From: Candidatus Sumerlaeales bacterium
Lineage (GTDB): Bacteria > Sumerlaeota > Sumerlaeia > Sumerlaeales > Sumerlaeaceae
Direction of reading: 5' to 3'
DNA length: 64,000 nucleotides
Assembly (NCBI GenBank): GCA_038243585.1
Contig: JBBSQY010000008.1
Span: 30,896 to 94,895 of the forward strand
This document shows positions 19,456 to 30,280 of the stretch, piece after piece (within the stretch, counting starts at the first letter, position 1; each line of letters opens with the position of its first letter). A model generated the notes under the pieces. It saw only the letters and a program-made list of their open reading frames with translations, was not told the origin of the DNA and searched no databases. A program made the position numbers and the translations under genes.

Positions 19456-22400
19456 GTGATTTTCAGACTGAGTAATCTATCGTTAGCGGCCGTTACACCG
19501 GCAGTAGGGACGACTCGCCGAGTCGTCCACCTCTCAATTATTTCACTATTGACGTTTGCCCTGTTTCTAATGTGCACACCCTCTTCTGCCGCTATTGGCC
19601 CTGCAGGCCAGCCCGCGCTAAACGCCGCCTCTGCGTCTCCGGGGAACGTTACGGTTACCGATACGACGGGTAAGCCGATAAGCGGAGTAGCGGTGATGAG
19701 TCAGCCACGACCAGAGATGCTTTTGCCGGAAAATCTTAAAGAAACCACAGCCACTACCACCGACGCCTCTGGCGTGTTCTCGCCGCCGCCCCGGGAAGTA
19801 GGCGGAACTCACCTGGTGCTTAGAAAACCAGGACTCGAGGCCGTAGCGTTAGATGCCGGAAAGCCCGCGCCGCGGAACATTAAGATGCGTTCTGAGCGAA
19901 CTGTATCGGGGAAGGTCTTATCTCCGGATGGCCACCCTATACCCGGCGCTCTGGCGGGCCCCCTAAGTTTCACGCCCGGTTCAGGAAACAGTGATGCTAA
20001 TCTCTCGCTGCGGCAACTTTTGCCACGGCAAGTCGTTCAGACAGACGCATCCGGGGCATTTCACTTTAGTAGTCTCCCGCCGGAAAGCCTGGCTATTCAG
20101 TTTTCAGCCCCCGGTCACACCCCGAGACTGGCCGTTTTTGATGAAGCGACCTCTGAACTGAAAGTTTCTCTGGAAACTGGCGGTGCAACGATCAGTGGCA
20201 GCGTTATAGGATCAAAAGATAAAACGCCAAAGCCGGGTATTGCCATCGAAGCGACGGGAAACAGCCTGCTTTTATCTGTCCGCACAGATCTACGAGGCGC
20301 ATATACGTTCAATAACATCCCTCCCGGGACCTGGACCATACGTCCGGCGGGGGGAGGCCCTGTCAGCGGCACTCAGTCTCGGTCGAAGATAATAGATATT
20401 GAAAAGGCGGACCAGGTTGTCGATCTGCCACTTGTACTCAATCAAGGCGTGATGCTGGCAGGCCGCGCAATCGACATGAAGACATCGCAAGGACTCGGCG
20501 GGATAAACATAACGCTAGCCGGATACGCTGGCTCCGGCGCAAAAGCTGTGCTGACAGATCCTGATGGCGCATTCCTTTTTGACAACTTGGATTCTCTTCA
20601 GGATGTAATTATACGCTTTGATCCGATCAAATTTGTCCATCTTTTACCAGGTGGTGGGTACCGCGATTACTTCGATATCAGCAATTCAGGCGACACAAAT
20701 TTCGACCTGACAACCCTTACCATTCCACTGCATCGACGCTTCGAGGTCAAAGGGAAGGTGCGTGACGCCGCCGGCCAGGTCGCTGCGGATGTGGAAATTC
20801 GTCTTCAGTCCCTGGATGCGCAAACGTCAACCCCTTCCAAGAGCGGGCCCGGTCTCCTTACGTTTGCCACAGCTTCAAACAGCACGGGAGATTTCCGCGC
20901 TGGGGTATACCCGTCTGGCCGCTATAAAGTGTGGGCACAACAGGACGCCCTGGTTTCGCAGGTGGAGATCGTCGAAGCGTATACGACTGCGCCAGTTCCA
21001 TCCGTCGAGTTGCGTATGGATAAGGCCGCTCAATTGGAAGGACTTGTAACGGACTCTCACGACGCTATTGTGACTGGCGCTGTCGTAATCGCTTGGCCTG
21101 CTAACGGTCTTGAGCCTGAAGAACAGCCCATTCCTGGCAGGGAGAATTATGAATACTCAAAAACCGATAAACAAGGTAAGTTTTTGCTTTCCGGCCTGCG
21201 TGGAGAACCGCTTATCTTGCGTGCCTCTCATCCGTCGTACGTCCAGCCAGTTCATCTGCCCTTGGACCCGACCGGCATCGCGTTAGGAACAAGCTCTGGC
21301 CTTGTCTTAAAATTTCCTGCAGGCGGCGAGTTTGCTGTCACAGTAACCGATGAAACCGGACAAACCTTAAGCGGCGCTGAAGTACAACTGGATTATCAGG
21401 ACGGTCTGGACGGACAGCGGGTGAGGGTTGTTTCAGATAGCTACGGGCGAGCGTCTGTTGGTGCTCTGCCGGCGGATCGTCTCGATAAGCTTGTGGTAAA
21501 CCATGCGGCGTATGCGCCGTTCGAAAGCGAAGCACCTATCAGCCTGCCACAAAAAGACTTTAAAGTAAGCCTGAAAAAACGTGGTTCGATCGTTGCCGCT
21601 GTCCGAGGCACCGGACCTGTGCCTGGCGTACCTGTTGAGATTTTCCTGCTGTATGCTCCCCTCAGCGGGTCCACCGGAAGTGCCGCGCCGGAACAGGGAT
21701 TTGACCAGACGGCCCGCGCGCCCGTAGTTGCAGGCAAAGCTTCTTTTCCAAATCTGCCCCCAGGTTGGTACAAGGTCGCATTTGCAGATTCCGGGGCTTA
21801 CGCGGAATCTAAAGTAGTTCGTATGGAAGCCGGCGGTGGAATTCAAAACTTGGAACTATCGTTGCCCCAGGGGAATCATCTAACTGGGACCGTAATTGAT
21901 AAGCAAACAGGAGAAGGCGTTGCCGGTGCGAACCTCACTATTCGCCCTGCAGTGGATAGTCAGATAGTCACGGAGCGGGCCCAGCAGAACGTAACGACAG
22001 GCGAAGGGGGTGTGTTTGAGCTTTATAACGTAGGATCCGGTCAGCTTCATGCTCTGGTAATAGCAGCGGGTTACCCTGATCTCGAGCGGAATATTAATTT
22101 TGTGCCTGGCGAGTCATTAAATATAGAGTTAAGCGCCATTACATCCACGCTGGAAGGTCGCGTAACCGTAGGTGGTAGTAACCTGGTGGAAGGCGCCTTA
22201 ATAATACTGTCCAAGGCTGGAGGCGATCATTCCCCTGTAGCTACGGCTGTAACGGATGAAGCAGGAACCTATAAGATGGAAGGGTTTCCCGCTAGTTCAT
22301 ACGCTCTCACGGTGGAGGCACCGATTGGTGCAGGTGAAAATATTACCCGGAAATCTCTCTTGGTTTCGATAGAGGAAGAGCAGGTAACGCAGGATGTAAA

Positions 22401-22659
22401 CTTCGAATCGTTAGTTTCGGTTCAGGGCAAAGTGCGGCTAAACGGAAAGCTCCCCGAGCGGGGAAGTGGCGAATCTCTCTCTGTACTGTTCAGCGGAACC
22501 GGGGATGGAATGGAATCTAAAATGATAAAGGTTGCCGATGACGGCGCCTATTCCGTTCAGCTGGAGCCAGGCGACTATACAGTCAGTCTGGAGGATCGGG
22601 AAGGTCGGCCAATAACGATAAAAGCTGGGGCCGGGCAAACGATTAACTTGGATTTTTAA
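19456..22659 (+). CDS. Large secreted protein of tandem carboxypeptidase-regulatory-like beta-sandwich domains
   Basis: About 10 repeats of G.V.D..G.P(I/V).GA.V / TD..G.(F/Y).F..L..G.Y; signal peptide. Confidence 0.85.
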   Translation: MIFRLSNLSLAAVTPAVGTTRRVVHLSIISLLTFALFLMCTPSSAAIGPAGQPALNAASASPGNVTVTDTTGKPISGVAVMSQPRPEMLLPENLKETTATTTDASGVFSPPPREVGGTHLVLRKPGLEAVALDAGKPAPRNIKMRSERTVSGKVLSPDGHPIPGALAGPLSFTPGSGNSDANLSLRQLLPRQVVQTDASGAFHFSSLPPESLAIQFSAPGHTPRLAVFDEATSELKVSLETGGATISGSVIGSKDKTPKPGIAIEATGNSLLLSVRTDLRGAYTFNNIPPGTWTIRPAGGGPVSGTQSRSKIIDIEKADQVVDLPLVLNQGVMLAGRAIDMKTSQGLGGINITLAGYAGSGAKAVLTDPDGAFLFDNLDSLQDVIIRFDPIKFVHLLPGGGYRDYFDISNSGDTNFDLTTLTIPLHRRFEVKGKVRDAAGQVAADVEIRLQSLDAQTSTPSKSGPGLLTFATASNSTGDFRAGVYPSGRYKVWAQQDALVSQVEIVEAYTTAPVPSVELRMDKAAQLEGLVTDSHDAIVTGAVVIAWPANGLEPEEQPIPGRENYEYSKTDKQGKFLLSGLRGEPLILRASHPSYVQPVHLPLDPTGIALGTSSGLVLKFPAGGEFAVTVTDETGQTLSGAEVQLDYQDGLDGQRVRVVSDSYGRASVGALPADRLDKLVVNHAAYAPFESEAPISLPQKDFKVSLKKRGSIVAAVRGTGPVPGVPVEIFLLYAPLSGSTGSAAPEQGFDQTARAPVVAGKASFPNLPPGWYKVAFADSGAYAESKVVRMEAGGGIQNLELSLPQGNHLTGTVIDKQTGEGVAGANLTIRPAVDSQIVTERAQQNVTTGEGGVFELYNVGSGQLHALVIAAGYPDLERNINFVPGESLNIELSAITSTLEGRVTVGGSNLVEGALIILSKAGGDHSPVATAVTDEAGTYKMEGFPASSYALTVEAPIGAGENITRKSLLVSIEEEQVTQDVNFESLVSVQGKVRLNGKLPERGSGESLSVLFSGTGDGMESKMIKVADDGAYSVQLEPGDYTVSLEDREGRPITIKAGAGQTINLDF

Positions 22660-22791
22660 GCCAAAACGTTAGTAGTAATCGATTCTTGCTCGCGCAATTA
22701 GTCATAAGAGAAGTTGTTAAGAGATATGATCCGGATAAGTTTCGTATATACCTCAAAAACGTCACCCGTTAAACAACATGGTAAAAATGAA

Positions 22792-22827
22792 AGGTCCGGC
22801 GCGCTGACACACTAACACGCCGGACCT
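22792..22827 (-). terminator. Rho-independent terminator for the 22856-23338 gene
   Basis: aggtccggcg...cgccggacct stem, followed on - strand by a T-rich tract. Confidence 0.55.
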
Positions 22828-22855
22828 GTAAAAACTACCAATTTAAAAGCTTAAA

Positions 22856-23338
22856 TTATTTGTTCATGTGAGAGCCGGCACGGCCAGCTTCACCGGTGAC
22901 TGGCGTAAATGATGGCGGATCGGATGCAGGAAACGAATCTTTACCGGCCTGTTTGACTTCATCAATACGTTTATTCTGGCTTGAACCGCTGGAATTGCTG
23001 CGGTTGTCAGACCGACCTGAATTCCCAGACCCCTTTGAGTCGTCGGAGTTCCCAGTCCGCTGGGAAATCTGTTCACAGCCGTTGTTCAGCATATTATTAG
23101 CCTGACCCATAATCTTCGAAAATCCACATTTACCAGTGGCTCCACGATGAAGCAGTCCTGCAGAAACTCCAAGCATTAGCGCCGCACTAAGCAAGCTGCG
23201 GCTGCGCATGGCGGAAGAAGCAAGGGTAGTGCCGGCGAGCATGCTGACCATACGCTCGCTCTGCCCAATACGCGTGTAGCCATGGCTGTCTTTGCGGTTG
23301 AAATCCGTGGTTCCTTTATTAACTGTAACGTTTGACAT
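22856..23338 (-). CDS. DUF2892/YgaP-like membrane protein with SFPASDPP stress-protein tail
   Basis: ER.VS.LAG, LHRGATGKC, DSFPASDPPSFTP; AGGAGG RBS before ATG at 23338. Confidence 0.75.
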   Translation of the reverse strand: MSNVTVNKGTTDFNRKDSHGYTRIGQSERMVSMLAGTTLASSAMRSRSLLSAALMLGVSAGLLHRGATGKCGFSKIMGQANNMLNNGCEQISQRTGNSDDSKGSGNSGRSDNRSNSSGSSQNKRIDEVKQAGKDSFPASDPPSFTPVTGEAGRAGSHMNK

Positions 23339-23485
23339 TTGTAGCCTCCTGGGTTTCTTAGATGGCAACCCTGTAATATTTTTATAACGATGTTTCGTTA
23401 TAAAGGATAATAGCAACCACTGGGCCATTGCGAAGAACGGCTATCCAGAAGATGAAAAGTGGCCTCCACAAGCCAGCCACCGGAC

Positions 23486-24292
23486 CTAATCCACCGGAAT
23501 TCGGAGCCTTTCAATTCCGACCGCTTTGCCAGTATCGGCCTCCACGGTGATCATTGCACCGCACAATAAAATTTCTTCTGTGGCCACTTCATGGCGCACC
23601 GGAAGGCCGGTCAAAAACCTGTGAAGGACTTCCTTTTGCTTAACGCCAATCACTCCATAGTGCCCGCCAGTCATGCCCAGATCCGTCATATATGCGGTTC
23701 CGCCTGGTAATATCTGTTCGTCTGCCGTTTGCACATGGGTATGGGTTCCGCATACTCCGCTTAACCGACCGTCCAGATACCAGCCCATCGCCACTTTTTC
23801 GCTCGTCGCTTCTCCGTGAAAATCCAAAAACGCCATAGGAGTTTCACGCATCACCTCATCTAATATGACATCCGCTTTTCGGAAGGGGCAATCGGAAGCT
23901 GCCATCATCACCCGCCCAATAAGATTTAAAACTGCGATTCTTAAACCGCCGGTTCCAGCAACTTCGAACAGCCCATAGCCGCGCCCAGGCACCTCCGGAG
24001 TATTGGTGTAGTTGGCTGGCCGAATCAGACGTGTTTCCTTACTGATAAAAGTGAAAATATCCTTGTTGTCCCAAGTGTGATTTCCCGCAGTAAGCACGTC
24101 TACTCCAGCTGCTAGCATCTGGTTGGCGGTCTCGCGTGTGATGCCCTTGCCATGGGCGCTGTTTTCGGCGTTTGCTATCACAAAATGAGCGCGGCCACTG
24201 CGTTTAAAATCCGGAATTATGGCTTTAATTGCTTCGCGACCTGGTCTTCCAACAGCGTCGCCAACCATAAGGATTCGTAATTCGGTTGTCAT
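23486..24292 (-). CDS. ymdB: YmdB/TIGR00282-type metallophosphoesterase
   Basis: GDAVGRPG, NAENSAHG.G, GNHTWD, DFHGEATSEK, GTHTHVQTAD. Confidence 0.95.
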   Translation of the reverse strand: MTTELRILMVGDAVGRPGREAIKAIIPDFKRSGRAHFVIANAENSAHGKGITRETANQMLAAGVDVLTAGNHTWDNKDIFTFISKETRLIRPANYTNTPEVPGRGYGLFEVAGTGGLRIAVLNLIGRVMMAASDCPFRKADVILDEVMRETPMAFLDFHGEATSEKVAMGWYLDGRLSGVCGTHTHVQTADEQILPGGTAYMTDLGMTGGHYGVIGVKQKEVLHRFLTGLPVRHEVATEEILLCGAMITVEADTGKAVGIERLRIPVD

Positions 24293-24455
24293 TATAGAAC
24301 TTTCCAGCGTTAAAACGGTATGAGTTAGTTAAGCACCTGCTGTGGAAATCTATTGTGAGCAAGAAAACAGTATTGTAATCAAACCTTGACACGCTTTCGC
24401 GGCTACTGCCAGTTCTACCCACAAATCACCGTAAGAAAGATCGACGGGGACCACT

Positions 24456-25166
24456 TTGCCAGAGAAAAAAGCTTCCGAAAAAAAAGGCGCTACGGTAGAA
24501 ACCGATGACAGCCCAAGCATATTTGTTACCACAGATACGGTATTGTTTACATTCGAGGATCAGCAGTTAAAAGTGCTGCTGGTTCGCCGAAATCGCCCGC
24601 CCCATGAGGGGCTATGGGCCTTTCCCGGCGGCTTTCTTCATGCAGAAGAAGAGATGGATGCATCTGCCGGTCGTGAGTTAAAAGAAGAGACTGGTCTAGG
24701 CGGAGCCCGCTTGAAGCAATTTGGTGCGGTCGGTAATGTCGGACGTGATCCGCGCGGACGCTCAATTTCCATAGTTTTCTTTGGCGCCGTGGCAGCTGAG
24801 GTCTCAAAGCCACAGCCCGCAGACGATGCTGACGAAGCGGCTTTTCATCCGGTAAAGCGGCGCCCGCGCCTGGCATTCGACCACGAGCAAATCCTAAAGG
24901 GGCTTCTTGGACGTCTTCGTGAGGAAATTGTGCAGAGCGAAATACTGTTCGACTTTTTCCGCTCCGTTATCCCTTCAGCCGATATGCTAGCCCTAATCGA
25001 ACAGATTTGGGGGACCACCGCCGACCGCCGGAAATGGGACGGGTTCATGCATAGACTGCCCTTCCTGCAGGAAATGAGCGGCGGTCAAAAATTCCGCCTC
25101 GACCGAACCGAAATGCGACGCTGGTTACGCAATAATCACTTGCCGGTAACTGATCTGTTTAGCTGA
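24456..25166 (+). CDS. NUDIX hydrolase, NrtR-like N-terminal domain with divergent C-terminus
   Basis: WAFPGGF, RELKEETG, RDPRGR, LAFDH. Confidence 0.85.
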   Translation: MPEKKASEKKGATVETDDSPSIFVTTDTVLFTFEDQQLKVLLVRRNRPPHEGLWAFPGGFLHAEEEMDASAGRELKEETGLGGARLKQFGAVGNVGRDPRGRSISIVFFGAVAAEVSKPQPADDADEAAFHPVKRRPRLAFDHEQILKGLLGRLREEIVQSEILFDFFRSVIPSADMLALIEQIWGTTADRRKWDGFMHRLPFLQEMSGGQKFRLDRTEMRRWLRNNHLPVTDLFS

Positions 25167-25241
25167 CAATACCAGACCAGCTAAGTTTCACTTTCATCAT
25201 ATAGTGGCCGGCAGGCTGTTTGCCTGCTTTTAGTTTTTGGT

Positions 25242-26534
25242 TTGGTAACGTTATACTCGAAGAAAAGAACCATGTCTTTCATCAGCAACTTACTCGTTAA
25301 TGGTGCTGTCTCTTTATTGGTGAGACTCCACCGCGGCTGTACTCTCACAATCATACTTGCCACTGCAGCCACACCGCTTATCGCCCAACATCCATTGGCG
25401 GTCGCCACCAGCGATACCCTCACGTTTACAACCAGCGGTACTTTAACCGCGGCGGAAATCGGCGATGGGGTGTGGTGGCGACCGGAACTGGACGAAACAT
25501 CAATCACTCAGGTGATGATCAACCTGAACGAGTGGAAAATCCCAAACCTCTACGTAGACGTTTTCCGCTCAGGCGAAACGCTATTTCCATCCGCCGTATT
25601 CCCCCAGCGCACCGAAGCCGCAGATCGCGATTGGTTTGGTTACATAATCGCAGAAGCGCATAAGCACAACATTCGTGTTCACGCATGGGCACAGGTGCTC
25701 TGTTGGCAGGACCCTGACGCAGAATCGGCGCCAAGCCACCCACTTCTGGCGGCGCATCCAGGATGGATGGAAACAGCCGACGATGAAATGGGCTCTGAAG
25801 GGAAGTCATCGGCCAGATTGGTCAGCCCGGGTGTGCCCGAAGTAAGAACCTCCCTGCTTGCACTGACTCAGGAGATATGCCGTTATTCTGTAGATGGGTT
25901 GAATCTGGATTCGGTTTCTTATGATCCACAGGTTGATACAGGTTATAATCTTGTAGTTGGTGAGAGCTTCAAAAACCTGTATGGCGTTAATCCGCTTAAT
26001 CTAAAGCCCGACCTTGACGACGATAGCGAATGGATGGCTTGGGTTTCTTTTCGTGAGGACAAGCTCACAAGCCTGGTGCAACTGATGGCCGATCAGGCCC
26101 GGCTTGCTGGAGAGGCGGCGGATCGCCGCATCCTTTTGTCAGTAAACGTCCATCCAGTTTACGAAGAAACACGCGGACAAAACCCCGCTTACCAGCACTG
26201 GGGCCAGTGGGTGGAGAGAGGCCTTGTAGATGCAACTATACCGCAGTGCTTCAGTCCAGATTTGCCTGGGCTTGAGAAGCAGTTATGGCAAGTGCGCAGC
26301 GTTCATATGGGAACGGAAACCGCCTGCCTGCCGGGGCTATTGCTGGATGAAAGTACTACAAATTCTCACCCTTCATTAAGGGAACAACAACGCCTGTTGA
26401 AAAGCGCTGGGTTTAAACACAACAATATCATGGACTATAAAGGGTTGATGCTCCAGAAGCAATCACCAGATATTAACCACGAGAACGCGGAAGAAGAACG
26501 GGGCTTCTGGGACTTTTTTAGATCCAGACGGTAA
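25242..26534 (+). CDS. Glycoside hydrolase-like 10 (DUF187/YddW-type) exported protein
   Basis: GVW, G.TLFPS, AHKHNIRVHAW, HPGW, PGVPEVR, YSVDGLNLD, YQHWGQW..G.VD. Start uncertain (ATG 25272 possible). Confidence 0.8.
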   Translation: MVTLYSKKRTMSFISNLLVNGAVSLLVRLHRGCTLTIILATAATPLIAQHPLAVATSDTLTFTTSGTLTAAEIGDGVWWRPELDETSITQVMINLNEWKIPNLYVDVFRSGETLFPSAVFPQRTEAADRDWFGYIIAEAHKHNIRVHAWAQVLCWQDPDAESAPSHPLLAAHPGWMETADDEMGSEGKSSARLVSPGVPEVRTSLLALTQEICRYSVDGLNLDSVSYDPQVDTGYNLVVGESFKNLYGVNPLNLKPDLDDDSEWMAWVSFREDKLTSLVQLMADQARLAGEAADRRILLSVNVHPVYEETRGQNPAYQHWGQWVERGLVDATIPQCFSPDLPGLEKQLWQVRSVHMGTETACLPGLLLDESTTNSHPSLREQQRLLKSAGFKHNNIMDYKGLMLQKQSPDINHENAEEERGFWDFFRSRR

Positions 26535-26554
26535 ATCGACAAAGCCGAAGTGGG

Positions 26555-26770
26555 TTACGAAGTGGCTTTTTTAAGGGCTTCCGGTTTATGGGCAGCTACT
26601 TTACCACTTTTGTCACTTTTGACCAGGTATTCCGGATTATCCTTTGAAGCCGCGACCTTATGACTTTTGATTTGTGTGGGCGAAGTCAGCTTTTTTTCGA
26701 CCTTGCCCTGAGTCTTTCCTTGAGACGTTGCCCACTCCACTTTGTCGCCCTTTTTCAGATTCTTCGTCAT
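26555..26770 (-). CDS. DUF2945 (Tudor-like) small protein
   Basis: KKGDKVEW...G...G.V, AS.D.PEY.V.SDKSGK.AAHKPEAL; GAGG RBS. Confidence 0.85.
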   Translation of the reverse strand: MTKNLKKGDKVEWATSQGKTQGKVEKKLTSPTQIKSHKVAASKDNPEYLVKSDKSGKVAAHKPEALKKATS

Positions 26771-26838
26771 CGTGGTATCCTCATGACATTAGAGTCTCAG
26801 CAATTCCAGAGCCAACGTTTTATCGCCGCCGCAAGAAG

Positions 26839-28293
26839 CTACTTCTTTTTCTGACGGGCCTTTTTCGCTAACTTCTGACGGTTCTTTTTCTCAAACGCCT
26901 TCCGACTCAGCCGTTTATCACGATCTGCCGCGCTCATTCCGCCGCCGGTTATGCTTCCCTTCAGCGTTCCGTCCGGATTCATGCCTCCGGCGTCCGCCCG
27001 ATCTTTCAGTTGCATCACGCCCTGCATCATTTTGCGGGCCATCTCGAACTGCTTGATCAGCGCGTTCACATCTTGTGGCGTTGTGGCGCTACCCTTTGCG
27101 ATGCGGGCGCGGCGCGGCCCCGTCAGCACCGATGGGTTATCCCGCTCGTGAGGCGTCATGCTCTGGATAATAGCCTCGGTGCGCTTCATTTCCTTTTCGG
27201 GTAGTTCGATATCTTTTAACTGGCTGCCGATACCGGGAAGCAGTTCAAGTAAACCGCGCAACGGTCCCATTTTTTTAAGCTGCTGCATTTGCGAGAGGAA
27301 ATCCTGGAGGGTGAAGCTGGCTTTGCGCATTTTGCGCTCCATGTCTTCGGCCATCTTCTCGTCAAAATGCTCCTGGGCCTTTTCCACCAGGCTGACCACG
27401 TCGCCCATGCCAAGGATCCGGCCCGCCATACGTTCAGGAAAGAACTCCTGAAGGTCTTCCAGCCGCTCGCCTGTACCAATAAACTTTACCGGCTTGTTGG
27501 TGATCCACTTGATCGATAGCGCTGCTCCGCCCCGGGCGTCACCGTCCATCTTTGTCAGACAGACTCCGTCAATTCCGATCTTGTCATTAAACGTGGACGC
27601 GCTGACAACGGCGTCCTGACCCGTCATGGCGTCCGCCACAAGGAAAGAGTAAATTGGTTTTATGTTGGACTTGATTTCAACCAGCTCGTCCATCAGCACG
27701 TCGTTGATATGCAGACGTCCCGCCGTATCGACAATTATGACGTCGTTGCCGTCCGCCTGTCCCTTTTCTACGCCGCGCCGGGCGATGTCCGGCGCGGGTT
27801 TGTCCGCGCCTTCGCTGTAGACCGGCACGCCGGCCGATTGTCCGACGACGTGAAGTTGATCGATAGCCGCTGGTCGATAAATATCACACGCCACCAGGAG
27901 GGGCTTAAAGCCGTCCTTTGCCAGGCGCTTTGCCAGCTTACCGCAGAAAGTTGTTTTGCCGCTCCCCTGCAAGCCCAGCATCAGAATCACGTTGGTGCGG
28001 CCTTTTTCCAATGCGAACGGCGCGGTTTCACCACCAAGAAATTCCACCAGTTCGTCATGAATGATCTTCACCATCTGCTGACTTGGCGATACCGCGAGCA
28101 GCACATCTTCGCCCAGGGACTTTTCCTGAACGCGGGTGACAAATTCCTTTACGACCTTGAAGTTAACATCGGCTTCCAGCAACGCCATTTTCACGTCGCG
28201 CATAACGTCTTTGACGTTGCCTTCGGTTAGCTGGCCCTGCCCGCGCAGGTTTTTGAACGCGCCTTCAAGCCGCTCGCTTAAACTTTCAAACAT
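26839..28293 (-). CDS. ffh: Signal recognition particle protein Ffh
   Basis: MFESLSERL, ALLEADVN, GLQGSGKTT, DTAGRL, TKMDGDARGGAALS, M-domain AIIQSMT. Confidence 0.98.
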   Translation of the reverse strand: MFESLSERLEGAFKNLRGQGQLTEGNVKDVMRDVKMALLEADVNFKVVKEFVTRVQEKSLGEDVLLAVSPSQQMVKIIHDELVEFLGGETAPFALEKGRTNVILMLGLQGSGKTTFCGKLAKRLAKDGFKPLLVACDIYRPAAIDQLHVVGQSAGVPVYSEGADKPAPDIARRGVEKGQADGNDVIIVDTAGRLHINDVLMDELVEIKSNIKPIYSFLVADAMTGQDAVVSASTFNDKIGIDGVCLTKMDGDARGGAALSIKWITNKPVKFIGTGERLEDLQEFFPERMAGRILGMGDVVSLVEKAQEHFDEKMAEDMERKMRKASFTLQDFLSQMQQLKKMGPLRGLLELLPGIGSQLKDIELPEKEMKRTEAIIQSMTPHERDNPSVLTGPRRARIAKGSATTPQDVNALIKQFEMARKMMQGVMQLKDRADAGGMNPDGTLKGSITGGGMSAADRDKRLSRKAFEKKNRQKLAKKARQKKK

Positions 28294-28404
28294 GGATTTC
28301 GGACTTTCTGCCTCGGGGGAATTCTTAAACTCAATACACTACAACACGCGAGGGGCTTTGCTTTTCCTGCTTTTCTTTTTCTTTCTGCTATAGCAGGGAT
28401 TGGG

Positions 28405-30219
28405 TTAAGAAACAGGGACGGGCTGGCCGCCAATATGCCGGCACAATCGCTCGAAATCATTCACATAGAGCCGCATCTTCTCCAGATCTTCCTGCTTGCC
28501 GGGGAACGCGCCCAGATACGCTTCCGCCGCCATAAGCGTCGCCGGCTCCGTCTTCGCCATCGCGTCGAGATAGCGCATATAGACCACTTCTTTTTCCGTG
28601 TCGGTGGCGTCTGGTCGTTCCAGGGCCTCCTGGGTGTCGCTGTTGCTGCCGGCGTTCACGGTGCGGCCCATGGCCCAAATGCGCCGGCTGTTGATAGAAC
28701 TCCGCATGGTGCGAGAAAGCGGTACAAGTGTCCGGGCAGCCTTCACCACATCATCGGTTTCAATGTCCTCTTTGCGGCCATACACGCTAAACATGGCTTC
28801 AATAATAGTCTGCTCGATTTCCGCGCCGCTATAGCCTTCTGTCGCGGCGGCGAGCGCATGGAGATCAAACTTTTTCGGATCCCGTTTTTTCAGGGAAAGA
28901 TGGATCTGAAAGATTTCCATGCGCTCGGCTTTCGTTGGTAGATCGACAAAGAAAATCTCGTCGAACCGCCCCTTGCGAAGAACTTCCGCCGGAAGGCGTT
29001 CGATGTCGTTTGCTGTCGCGACTACGAACACCGGCGCGGTTTTTTCCTGCAGCCAGGTCAGGATCGTCCCGAATAAGCGCGCCGTCGTTCCGCCGTCGGT
29101 GCTGTCGCTGGTGCCCGTGCCGCTGAGGCCTTTTTCGAGTTCGTCGATCCAAAGGACCACCGGCGCCAGGGACTCGGCCACGGCCAGCGCACGGCGCACG
29201 TTTGATTCTGTCTCACCCACCATTTTGGAAAACAGTCGCCCGATATCCAGCCGCACCAGCGGAAAACCCAATTCGTTCGCCGTGGCCTTTGCCGCCAGGC
29301 TTTTCCCGCATCCCTGCACCCCGACCAGCAACAGCCCGCGCGGCGACGGCAGCCCGAACCGCGCAGCGTTAGGATCCATGGCGGCGCGCCGGCGCCCGAT
29401 CCAGGCTTTGAGCTGATCCAGCCCGCCGACGTTGTCCAGCGTGTCGGAAACGTCAATATACTCCAGCAGTCCGGATTTGCGGATAACCTGTTTTTTTTCG
29501 GAGTAGACCAGCGACGCCTCTGCCTGCGAGAGGCGCTGGGCCGACACCAGCGTTTTTGCGAAAACGTTTTCTGCCTCGTTCAGGGTCAGGCCGATGGCGG
29601 CGTCGATGATGGCTTCCTGAGACGCTTCCGACAGATCGATGGTCAGGCTTGGATTGTCCGCGATGTCGTCCGCGATCTGGTGCAACATCTTCGCCATGTC
29701 GTCCCGGTTCGGCAGGGGAAAGTCATAAATGGTAATGTCCTTCTCCAGCTCTTCCGGCAGACGCAACAGCGGCGACACGATAATAACCGTCGATAAAGTC
29801 GAACGAAGCAGCGTGGCCAGATCGCGCAGGCGGCGTTTGATCTCGCTGTTGGTCAGGAACTCATGAAAATCGCGCAGAACAAAAATGGATGGTTCGCCGG
29901 CGGTCAGGATTTCCCGAAGTGCGATGATCGGATCACGTGTATCCTTGCGCCCCTCGCTCCGCCCCTCCAGCCCCGCCCGGTAGCGGCTCAGCCCGTTGCT
30001 GATGGTCCAGTCAAACAGCTTCTTCCCCAGCGACTCTGCAATGCGGTGTATCTCCGTCATGGCTCGTTCCTCTTCCGACGTGACTACGTACAGAAGCGGG
30101 TAACGCGCGCGGATGAGGATTTCCAGTTCGGCTGGCTGGGGGGCTGCGGGATTGGTTGGCTGGCTAGTGGGTGGGTGGCTCATAGGAAAGTTATTGAGCG
30201 GTGGATTGAGGGTGGTCAA
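28405..30219 (-). CDS. AAA+ ATPase, Ycf46-like
   Basis: [50 protein letters not shown]. Likely start at ATG 30183. Confidence 0.9.
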   Translation of the reverse strand: MTTLNPPLNNFPMSHPPTSQPTNPAAPQPAELEILIRARYPLLYVVTSEEERAMTEIHRIAESLGKKLFDWTISNGLSRYRAGLEGRSEGRKDTRDPIIALREILTAGEPSIFVLRDFHEFLTNSEIKRRLRDLATLLRSTLSTVIIVSPLLRLPEELEKDITIYDFPLPNRDDMAKMLHQIADDIADNPSLTIDLSEASQEAIIDAAIGLTLNEAENVFAKTLVSAQRLSQAEASLVYSEKKQVIRKSGLLEYIDVSDTLDNVGGLDQLKAWIGRRRAAMDPNAARFGLPSPRGLLLVGVQGCGKSLAAKATANELGFPLVRLDIGRLFSKMVGETESNVRRALAVAESLAPVVLWIDELEKGLSGTGTSDSTDGGTTARLFGTILTWLQEKTAPVFVVATANDIERLPAEVLRKGRFDEIFFVDLPTKAERMEIFQIHLSLKKRDPKKFDLHALAAATEGYSGAEIEQTIIEAMFSVYGRKEDIETDDVVKAARTLVPLSRTMRSSINSRRIWAMGRTVNAGSNSDTQEALERPDATDTEKEVVYMRYLDAMAKTEPATLMAAEAYLGAFPGKQEDLEKMRLYVNDFERLCRHIGGQPVPVS

Positions 30220-30280
30220 TATCTGTCGTATTAGATCAGGCTAAACCTGCGATTGGTGTTTTGTGGAGAGTTTTTTTCTG

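Noticed and set aside
28294..28404. SRP RNA near ffh
   Set aside because: No recognisable 4.5S domain IV motif in the intergenic region.
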